Shown one piece after another: positions 53,001-64,000 of a stretch of 64,000 bases of DNA. How positions within the stretch are numbered: position 1 is the first letter of the stretch; every line of letters begins with the position of its first letter. Both the position numbers and the translations under genes were made by a program. Source of the DNA: Negaprion brevirostris (taxonomy: Eukaryota). The DNA is taken from assembly GCA_030324005.1 (NCBI GenBank), contig JARDVH010000132.1, forward strand, positions 81,331,437 to 81,395,436, written 5' to 3'. A model generated the notes under the pieces. The model was not told where the DNA came from. It did not search any database and saw only the letters and a list, made by a program, of their open reading frames with translations.

Positions 53001-56000
53001 TCAAGGAGGAAGTAACCCTAGACAGAGGAAAGAACACCCACTACTTCACAGACATTTTTCATTACTTTACAGATACAGCAATCAATTTGGGCCTCAAGCT
53101 TCCCTTCTCCAAAATGCACATGAAGCAGGTTTTTTCTAAAAAAAGTGTTTACAATTTCATTCCAGGAAAATAAATGACACTGTTTAGAGAATGCTTTGTT
53201 CATAAAGTATTACTCATATAGCTACCAAAATTCTTAAGACAGATTTTAACCCCAGGTGCAAGTGTCAGATCTGTACCCATCCCCCCCCAATACTAAACTG
53301 CCCGTTGTACAAATGACAGCAGGCTGTTTGCATAATCAGATTGTGAGCATGTACATTGTCCACTGGACACCAGCTGCTGTGACATCAAGTAAAGACTACA
53401 GATCTCGGCTACAAACATCAAAATGGGAGAGACATACACACGCTTCCCATATCATTCAAACTTGTGTATGTGAATAGGATCTCAGCTGGGAATTCATTAA
53501 ATGATTTTACAATAACTGATTATAGATTTTCTCAATTTCTTTGTAATAATTTTGCCCTGCAAATACTAACGGAAAAAGAACCTGCGAAGCCAATAAATAT
53601 GCATAGTTTGGATGTGCATTTTGAAAATTTAAAGCATATATTCAAACATGAGGCATAAAAGACATCTTAAAAGGTTTAATCCTCCCCCATTACATACTCC
53701 CACCCTTCTATCAAGTAAGCTTTGACCATGCCCTCTCCAATAACAGTGTGCAGTCTTTCATCCTTTTAACGCTTCAGTAAGTGCTCTATGGCACCATATT
53801 CCCAACCTGCCTTTCACAGCAGGTACAAAGGTCACTTTTGCAATGGTGGGCGTACCCACGTCAGTTCTGAACGTTCCAACGCGAGCTGGAATGCAGTGAC
53901 TGCTGGGCCCAAGAATTTCACTTTGAATAACAAATTAAGCACACTTTATCCTGATTGGTCCTCTGGCCTCAACACAACTTTATGGAAACCCTTACTAACA
54001 CCACCTCTTGACCTTTCTTTACGTGATGAGGATGTGGATTAGCAGTACCACACTCACTTTGCCTCCAAACCTCGAGGCAAAATGAACAAACGAGGGAAAC
54101 TACTCGCTGCTCAACTATGCACATCAAGTCACAAGAGGAAAAAAACTAGATAATTCAAACTGAATTTCCCAATGAAACATGAAAAAAAATGCAGGACTCT
54201 GGCATTTGGATAAATATGCACATTGTGCATTGATGAAAACTGAGCAGGAAGACCACAGTGAAACAGTTGCATATATCAATTGTTGGTCTGTTATTAGTAA
54301 AGCAAGCATTTCTCCCCCCATTTGTAAATTCTGGCCCGATCCAATGAACCCCTACAAAGCAATATTTGAAAAAAATTACATAAAGCAAAGTAGGAGAATG
54401 CAAATACCAAAAGGTATGTTCACTAATTCAGTTCTTCAGACCAAAGTGAATATTTGTGTAGGAAAGGCTTTAAGTGCAGCTCACAGAATTCACATACCAG
54501 CTAACTGGGTGGGCTCCTGTACTGATACGTATGCAAGATTCCAAAAACTGCCATAGCAAAATGACTAAATAAAGTTAGCTGATCAATCCTATTTCACATC
54601 CATTGATTTACATATGAATTTATCAGTCATAATGGACACAAGGAAGTTATATTCAAATATTAAATTGATCTTTGGGCAACTTATCTAGAGCAATCCATTT
54701 TTTAAAAAATCCACATATGATTTTCAATATATACAACTTGTATTTATATAGCATAGTCACCATCAAGGCTTTGAATATTTTATACATATTTTCAAAGAAG
54801 TCAGAAAATGAAATGCTAATGTTTGGACTTACTAAAAGTGATACACATTACAAATATTCTAAACTTCAATTATGTTTGAATTATGTAAATGCACAGTGCA
54901 TACCTCAATTTGGTTGTGGTCACAATTGATGGAGCCAAGAATTTCTCCAAACCCATTACAAATGATTATTAGAATTTGATCTGACTTTGTTAACTTTTCC
55001 CCTTCCTTCACCCCACATCCACCCCAAAAAAATCAAGTCTTCTTTCCAAGAAGGCAACTGAATTTCATGCATTGACCTCAAACTCAAGATTGGTATTTGA
55101 TCTTAAGGCCTACAAAATAATACCCAAGTTATCAACTTACTGGGCCAGATTGCAAATAAGATTCTGGAAACCAAGCAACCTTTTGAAACACTTGATATTT
55201 CTCACTTGATATTTCACAAAACGTGTTAATGGTTGAGATATTTATTTTCAATTGTGATTCTTATGTCATACTACAGCACTGACGGGACACCAGCTGTAGA
55301 ATGCACAACGAGGCCAGACACGAGCTGTTGTGCAAACTACAAAAGCACACTACCTGCCAATAGAGCACAGCATGTCTTGGTTTATGTGTACCAAAGTTTC
55401 ACTTCTCAAGGTAAAGTCTCCATTAGGAAAGACATACTTTCAATTTCCTCTTGCGTCCAGTATTCGTGTGTTTCATTTATATATGAAATCTTAGAGATCC
55501 AATGGATGACAACAGCAGTTTTAAACCCTGCTTTTTACCCAGATTCAAGGTATCCTACTCAGAACTCAAGATGGCCTCTCGAGGAGACTGCATACTGCAG
55601 CATTTTAGTCTGCACACAAGTCACACTGGCAATTAATCCCAGGACTATGCTTCCACTTTCATATCTGTGCAAAGACATTTCAACTGCACACGAGCAATAA
55701 ATGGACACAACATCTTAAACTCAGGTTTCAGAAAATCCCACATGATAACTATGTTTTCAAATTAAGTGTGCAATATGACCTATATTTCAGAATGTATTTA
55801 CCAATATGAAGTCCAAAATAACTCAAACAATGACTTTCTAGATCAAAACAAAGAATGGGCAAAAGTTTTAAAAAAGTGATGCAAAAGCAAGAATCGAAAA
55901 GGTTGATACCACTCAGATTTTTTAAACTCTTGCTAATAACTAAGCCATTCATGTGATAAAATGGTTAAAAAGTACGAGGATGAACCGTATGTACTCTTGA

Positions 56001-57537
56001 AAATTTCAAGTTTTATCATGAAAGAACAGAATGGACAAATCAACTTGCTTCACAACTATTCAATCTTTGCTTATTAAATCAAGAACTGCAATGCAAAATT
56101 AGTAAAATTAACAGAACAGTTGTACGGTTTCTACCCTACCTAATCAATTTTGATCATTAGATTGAGTTACTTTAAAAAGTGTTAAGTTATACAAATCAGT
56201 CTCATAATACATGGTATTATTCATGAAGTTACATCATTTACATAAGTTTTGGATTCAAGTCTTCATGCTCCTCAATATTATCAATTCCTGGATTAGATTC
56301 AAAAATATTTTAAAAAACACTCAAAATTGATATTTTAGTCATGTTGCACTAATTAGCTACACAGACCATTGAATAAAAGTAGTGTGGACTGAGTTCAAAA
56401 AGTTATATGGAAGAATGGAAGAGAAAAAGAATGTCAAGATAGGAAGTTACCTAAAGCCCCTTCCTCCCATACTAAATTTTGCCCTTTCAACCATTTGTAT
56501 CTCTTAAATGTAGCAACCTCAAGGGGTAACCTCACAGGACTACAAAAAAGTCAAATTACATTAAGTAAAAGCTCCTGCAAACTTACTTTGAAGATGGGAT
56601 AAAATTGGTTTCATTTTAAATCATAAGTTCAAAATTTGTTGTGCATAAAATCCTGGGGGGTGGGGAGGGGAAAGCGGGGGCGATGAGGGCCACTAGAGAA
56701 AAAACATCACATCCTAGTCAAAAACAAAACCAGTAATTTGGCACAAGAAATGTAACCTATCACAAACCAATTCAACTTGTAGATCCATTTGAAACGCTTG
56801 AACCATTGGTGACTTTTTAAAAAATGCAACAGCTGACATTACTTTCTGAAGTAAGTGGTTTTAAGACAGCCTAAGACTCAAAAGGCTGAAAAATTAATAT
56901 TTAACTCCAACTCCTGAAAAAGATAGAATGAACCTAGGATATTATATCATGTGTGTTTGGGCAATAGCATTTTTGAATGGTCCTCGTGCATTTAATTTTA
57001 AACTCGATGGAATAATCGATTGCATATTAACGTTTAAGTGAAACGCCTCAAAACATTTAAATGCTTTCCTTTCACATCACATCTCACCTAGTATACAAGA
57101 GGAAACATTCGATAGCGATTTTCAGATTTTTTAAAGCTCAAATTGAGAACTTCTCACGTGTTTGTCGGTTAACATAATACAAGGCATCTCAGAGCATTTC
57201 CTGCTGACGCCCAAAACTTTTCAAAAATACTGCATCAAGGTCTTGGAGTTTGAGTTAAGAAGTTCTTTGGACTTCTCGAATCAAATGCAGTTTTAATCAA
57301 CTTCTCGCGCAATGGTAAAACAAAACAAGAAATTGATTATAAACAAAATACGAGCCCAAAAATAGATACAAAGTAGCAAGTTCAAACGGAAACTAGATGC
57401 TAAATTAAGCACATCATGTCCAGAAGCTCGTACGGTTTGCATAATATTTAATTCTAAACACATATCATTAATCAGACAGTTCTTGTATTTAATTCTACCT
57501 GTGCGGATAGAAACCTGATACGAATTAAACCTTTTAC

Positions 57538-57598
57538 CTTTGTCGTTTAGGGACGGAATGTTCCACTTCGATAGATTTCCCGTGCAGCTCCACTTTAC
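57538..57598 (-). CDS. IGF2BP3: IGF2BP3 coding exon 2
   Basis: cctcag|GTAAAGTGGAG...CGACAAAG|gtaaaa; 61 bp; encodes (G)KVELHGKSIEVEHSVPKRQ(R), in frame with exon 1. Missed by the ORF track. Confidence 0.95.
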
Positions 57599-58670
57599 CT
57601 GAGGCAATACATAAAATACAAGGGTGCGTGTTAAACACTTCAAACATCCAAAACTGACCGCTTTTAGTGCGTCGATCCTAAACGTTTAAGTTGATGCGTG
57701 TCTGACCAACAACTTGCAAGGACACACTAACGTTTAGAAATCTCGGGCTCCGACTGACAAGAAATTTCAGTGTAAATGTGAGGAAGCCAGTAAACCGCAA
57801 CCCCTCCTAAAATTGATGTGAATAGGTGTATTTTTAAAATAATTTTTAAAAACAAAATCAAGTCGTGTCTCAATTGTTCTATAACCCTAATTTTCAGCCA
57901 TGTTTCTAGTGGTCGAGTCCTAAAGGACACTTTTGGGGACTCAGTATGGCCGACTGGAAACGCATTCGCGCTTTCGGGACGAAACGAACGAAAATAAAAT
58001 TGATAGTGTCGAAGGTCTTTGGATAGGGAGCTTTTGCTTCTATTTGTATTTAGTGCAGTAGAAAATTTGAAGAACGCGTTCCTGTCTCAAGCAAACATTG
58101 ATTTGAATGGTGGCTCGGAGCTAAAGGCCTACAATTAAAGAGAAGGTGCAGCGACCCGGGCTGAATTCTCCCAATATCGTCACCACCACCCCCCCCCCCC
58201 CCCGGTAAACCGCTGCTCCAGTTTAAATAAGGAATGAGCAAATCATAAAAGCATCCCCATGCAGAATGTATCCTGGTTTAGTTACTGCTAAAAGCCACTG
58301 GGAGCTATAATCATTAAACAGAGGAGGAAGGGGGAAAAAAAAGACCGCGTGCAGAGGCGGCACAGACCGGGGTCCACTAAAAATGTGTACATTTAATCCA
58401 AATTAGATTATAGGATAGAAGGAAAATCCCCAATTCCTTCAGCGATCGTCTGAAGAAAGCGTGGCGGGAAGTAGGGAGTGTGGAAATGGATATTTATGAA
58501 ACACTCGGGAGTAAACAGCCTTCCCCCTCCTCCTCCTCCACCCACTCCCAGTTCAGTTTGTGCGAAAGTGGTGCGCAAGAAGCTGCTTTTAGGCCTCGCA
58601 CCAAACAAGGTTCACGGCTCTTTAGCCTCAAAACTTGAGATCACATTGGGGAGTGCACGGGATTGAGTTA

Positions 58671-58988
<318 letters not shown>

Positions 58989-59182
58989 TTAATTGCCAGA
59001 ACAAGTAGTGTTAGCAGTCTAGAATGGCGGGCTGTAGAGAGAAAAAAAACTATTTTTTTGTCTTTCCCCCAAAACCCCTTTCGCAAACAGGCTGTGAAAA
59101 TGTCACACCGCACGTTACTAGTAGCACCGCCTCTCAATAAAATGCAGCTTCAAAAAATCCCTGAATATTCCGGCTGAATGAG

Positions 59183-59219
59183 CCACGTGGTCAAACTACA
59201 CATCAACTTCTCACGTGAG
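59183..59219. promoter_or_regulatory. Tandem palindromic E-boxes (CCACGTGG and CTCACGTGAG)
   Basis: Exact motifs at 59183-59190 and 59210-59219, about 335-370 bp upstream of the ATG. Confidence 0.5.
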
Positions 59220-59333
59220 GAATGCCAGCTATTCAAAGATACTGGGGGAGAGGGGGAGGAGGGGCAAGCTTTACACCAACAATCGGAGAAACATACCGAT
59301 TGTGGAATAACAGTTGTTGGAGCGCTCTTTTTT

Positions 59334-59363
59334 CCCCCCCATCCCCCATCCCCCATCCCCCCC
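59334..59363 (-). promoter_or_regulatory. Canonical G-quadruplex motif G7-AT-G5-AT-G5-AT-G7
   Basis: Plus strand reads cccccccatcccccatcccccatccccccc. Confidence 0.55.
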
Positions 59364-62300
59364 TTTTCCTTCTGCTTTCCCATTCGCACACAGCCCGACT
59401 CTTAGACCCTATCAAGCGTCTTCAGCCTCGCTACCATTGACCAAGTTTTTTTCTCTCTGCTTGCGAATTTCATTCATTGGTTTAAATCAAGCTGCCATTT
59501 ACAAGGGCAATGGCGCGAAAATTCTCCTGACTGCTGCAGTTCCCCCAATGTCGTGGTTGCGCGAGTTGCTGATGATGGTGGCAGCGGGGGGGGGNNNNNN
59601 NNNNNNNNNNNNNNNNNNNTGGTTGGCTAGTGGAGGGGGGGGGGGAAGGGGAGGGTATTTTCTTAATGATCTACCCATCCTGTTCTTCTCCCCCCTCCCC
59701 CGTTGAAGCTGAATAATGTAGAAAGGACACCACGTTCAGATGTATATCGCGTCGCCACCACAAACTGAAACGTTGCAATGGCTGCTCCTTAATAAATAAG
59801 GCGTAATTTTTTTAAATGTCAAAATCTTCAAGCTACGTTTTTGTCCGTGTGTCTTCATCCCCAGATTTTGACTGGTGGTGGGACCCCACCAAAAAGGACA
59901 ATTCACACGATCGCATCGAAATTCTGGTCGAAAAAAAGATCTTGTGAAAGTTTTAGCAGTTTCGCCGCTTTCTTATTCAATTCGAGCTAAGAAGCCTACA
60001 TCACTGTTGTTCACACAAGACAACGTTGCCGTTTTAAAATATTGGAACTAAGGGTCTTTTGTCTTTGAAAGGTTGTTGGTTTTAACGTTTGCCCACAGAT
60101 GTACTGGAGTAAGTTTGTTAAAAGTAGTGAATCCGGTCTGTTTGTTATCAACGTGTGCCGAATCGCTTTCCGTGCAAATGTCTTTTTTTAAAATGGAGCG
60201 TTTTTGTTGCGAGGGGAGGAAAATTAGTGAACAAAATTCACATTACACAACTTCACTGGCGGAAGTGTTGAGAACGAACGAAAAATTTACATCCGAGATT
60301 CAAAGCCCGTTTCCTTTTCTTTGTTGGCAGGCGCGAATGTAAGAAATTTGGTATTGCCGATTTAAAATTGTTTAAAGCTAAAGCGCCCTTTAGCGACATG
60401 GCTAACGATACCCGGCGTGAGGGAGGAAGCCTCCCGATGAAAAGCAAATAATCGTTAATAAATTAATTTATATTTTGCGATCATTCCTCATGATTGGAGC
60501 TGTCTACTTTAATTGACTAGATAATATGCGGTGCTTTAGCGCATATCACGTTTTTATATATTTAAAATTGAGCTAAAACGTGCAATTAAAATACATTTCG
60601 TTCACGTTGACTCTTGCTAAATCTTCTGTTTCGATGGTATATTCCATTTGCCCAATAATATTTTTTTCTGGGAATTTGTAACAATCGTCGCAAAGTTTAA
60701 AATATATCGATTAGCCGTAAAGGATGTGTTTTTGTTTTGTTCCAAGCGTAATGGAGGTATGATTTATTGGTGTAATTTAAAAAGTGGGTTGTAAAATAAT
60801 TGCATTTGCTGCACACAATGTATTTGAGAATAGCCAAGAAAAACTATCCTTAATCTGGTGATCCAATTGAATATTTAATCTATGTAATTATTGTACTTGG
60901 AATTAGGGTCATTGTGCAAAATGACTGCCGTGGAGAGAGCAAATAACATGTTTCATATGTTTAGAAAGCACGCAAAAATATGAAAATATCGACTTAATTT
61001 GGTTACCATATTAAATGATCAATTCGAGCACCACTTTAAATAAAGGGCGATCCAAAATGGGGGAGGGGCAACTGGAAAGTAGGACCTTATAGGAGCTGCA
61101 TTGTTAAAAAATTGTTTCCAAAAATTGCCTGGTGCAAAGTTAATAAATACAGAGTGAACAGATCATAAATATCCAAACTCTGACACTTTGTAGAAGCTTA
61201 TTTTGTGGCAGAGAAGAGAAAAACTAGTTTGATATGTTTCATTGTAGCAGTGGTATCTATTTTCAATCTTTGTTCTACCAGTAGTTGGTTCAAACTCTAC
61301 AGTTCCTTAAGACTTTCTCTGCATTTCCCACAATCATCGACTCAACTTGAATCAGGTTTAAATACCAAAGGTGTCAATGTATCTCATTTGAAATGATCAA
61401 AAACTGATAGCAAATCTAAACTTTTAACAACATGTTACTTTTAAATTGTGATTATAGTTTATTATTTTCATTTAAAAATGAAAGATATTAACTAGGTCAG
61501 AAAAAGTCCTTATTTTCAACTTTCAATTATCTTAAACTAATACCAGAATGTTATAATGCCTCGATGTTGGAATATATAAAATGTGCATTCAATATAGTGA
61601 CAAACAAGTTGCAATCTTGTTTTCTATTTAAAAAATACATTCAAAATGGGGGAGCTACCCTCTAAGATTTTAATAAAAAATAGAAACCAAGAACTTGCGA
61701 TTAAAGCCATTATACAAATTTCTGAAAATCTTTGTTAGTACGGTTTGAATTTTATCCATAATCTTTTAAAATCAATACTTAAAATATTGAATTGACAAAC
61801 CGTTTTTTCACTAGAACACGTGTAATTTTGTTTTGAGAAATATATTAATTGAGTAGATATTGTAGTCTCTCCTAACAATAAAAAGTGCAATTCCTTAAAA
61901 TGCCCCACTGTTTAAACCAATATTGCATGAGGATAAATGAAATGGAAATTAATAAACCTGATTTTGGGGGGGGGGGGGGTGAAAATTGCACATTATAAGC
62001 AGTTATACTTGTGGTTAAAAGTCTAATTCTAATTTATTGTAGCTAAGGTATTTTTGATAATTGATTTACTCTTTAACATATAAATTAATCAGTTAATGTT
62101 CTAATGAATTTCAACAACTCCAAAATAAATTAATTTTATAATTTAAGGTGTTATAAGCACTGTACATCACAGCATATTTGCTTTCCCCACTTATGAAAAA
62201 GTGGTATTATAAATATATTGAGCGCATGATAAATAATTATAGATTATTGAAACTGTTTATCAAAGCTCCATGGTGTATTTAATACTGCATCATTAGGAAA

Positions 62301-63402
62301 TTCTCAAAATGTTTGATGGAAAAATAGTTTGAAATTATTTGGGATGTTTTTCATCAGGATAAAAATCAGATTTGTTCTCTTAGTTTTCTTTGTGCCTCCT
62401 CTGTAGAGACATGAAAAATCTTTTCATTTTAAGAAATAATACAACTAGATATTATGACGACATATTGATATCTGTAATACCAAATTCTGACTTATGATCT
62501 GGATGTATAATTGGTACATTGTTAACTGTATAAACTGGTTTAGGTCTAAACATCAAATTAGGTTTGATTAATCGAACTTGATTTTACTTTTGATTCTAAA
62601 GACAATTAGAAATTGATAAAATTAAGAGAGTGTCATGTTTGTATATAAGATTCATTAGAATTAAGGTTTTCTTTTAATGTTATCCAAAATTGGTACGCAT
62701 TTTGTTGTCCAATGGGGCTTTTGCTTTCCTTACTCATAACTTTTAAATCATGAATTATGAAGTTACCTAATTAACTTTACTGATCATTTTGTAATTGCTT
62801 TAATAATTATAGAACTATTGAATTGTTCATTGTAAACCAGATTCTGAAGTTTCTAGTGAAATGTTGAGCAAACAGACTGAGGTTGTGTGTGCACTGAGCA
62901 ATGTGAGTTTTGAGATCGGAATGCACGGTATAGATTGTAATAATCAATACCTTTATCCATCTGTTGCATTATACACCAAATAAAAGTATATTCATGTTTT
63001 GTAGTAAGATATTGGTATGTGAAATCAATGACTTCAAATAATTATTCAAAATACATGAAAATTATATGGTCCAAATCTATAATTAATATTGCAAGATAAG
63101 TTATCCTTGTATTCTCAAAAAAAAGAAAAAATTCAAGTTTCTCTTAATAAGAATATTATCTAGCTATTGTAAATGATCTTGATACTATTAAAATTTTTAG
63201 TGCTCATTTCAACATTTGAATTTAAGAATTCTTGAAATGAAATGTTAAATATAAAAGAATTGTATTCCTTTTTGGTAAAGTTTTCTGCAATTATCCCATT
63301 AATTAACATTTTCAATGCTTTCATTAAAAATGAAGCAAATGTAAAGTGTCAATGTTAATACTCCCCAAGATTGAATAAATCTTACTTGTTGTTTAGTATC
63401 TC

Positions 63403-63483
63403 ATTGGATATTACAATGTGATGCCTAGCCTGTTGACTTAGTACCTCAATGGACATTACAAGATGATGCCTAGCCTGTTGACT
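63403..63483. repeat. Tandem duplication, two copies about 45 bp apart
   Basis: ttacaa..tgatgcctagcctgttgact occurs twice. Confidence 0.85.
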
Positions 63484-64000
63484 CATCACCAAAAAAAAAT
63501 TGCAGGAAACTAAACTTGCATACTTGGTTTGTGTCACAATCCTGAAGGAAAAGAAATCACGTTTTAATTGATATGGTGAAAGAAAATTTAGTTTTTAAAA
63601 TCAACTTTTGAAATAAATCCAAAACATGTTTTCTGTCAAATTACATTTAATAGGTGTCTTTATTTATGAATTGTCCATTTTTAATGGCATTTCACTCCAC
63701 TCATTTATTTCTGTGTTTATGCATGTATTCCTTTTTGTGCATTTCCTATGTTTTCCTTCTTTGAATATTTCCTTTATTTGTGTTCTTTCCTACAACTGTT
63801 TGGGCTTTTTTTCTTCACCTTATTTTCTTTTTGTTAATTTCGCAATTTATTTATACTTTTCCTTTTCTTACTTTAATCTAATCACTTCTGCCATGTTAGC
63901 ATTTTTTGGATTCTTCGTTGTCTTTTACTGTTTTCATTTCTCAATTATTTTCGTTTGTAAAAAACTTAAATAGCTCATCACTAAGATATCTAACATCATT

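Noticed and set aside
63626-63973. 115 aa very hydrophobic ORF resembling a membrane protein
   Set aside because: Phe/Leu/Ile richness is explained by T-rich low-complexity DNA; no family motifs.

Overview
Eukaryotic, AT-rich vertebrate genomic DNA. The repeat complement (HE1-type V-SINEs, CR1/HER1-like LINEs, Deu-domain SINEs, Penelope-like tails) points to a shark or other cartilaginous fish. The window holds the 5' part of IGF2BP3 on the minus strand: a CpG-rich promoter, coding exon 1 (58676-58850, 175 bp), exon 2 (57538-57598, 61 bp) and exon 3 (26692-26740, 49 bp), all with canonical GT-AG sites and in frame. Exon 4 was not found and probably lies left of the window. The most notable extra element is an intact, spliced terminal exon of a class A GPCR (ECL3-TM7-helix 8-C tail, 41104-41423) on the plus strand. 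It is nested antisense in IGF2BP3 intron 2, and its upstream exons are not visible (possibly in an assembly gap). Other points: a ~400 bp local sequence copy inserted into a SINE head, with a 21 bp micro-inversion between the copies; minimal hammerhead-ribozyme motifs in Penelope-like repeats; a degraded near full-length L1; and a ~14 kb TE-poor zone around the promoter. Almost all ORFs in the supplied track are spurious or TE-derived. There are eight N-gaps. Repeat boundaries are by-eye estimates and no database searches were run.
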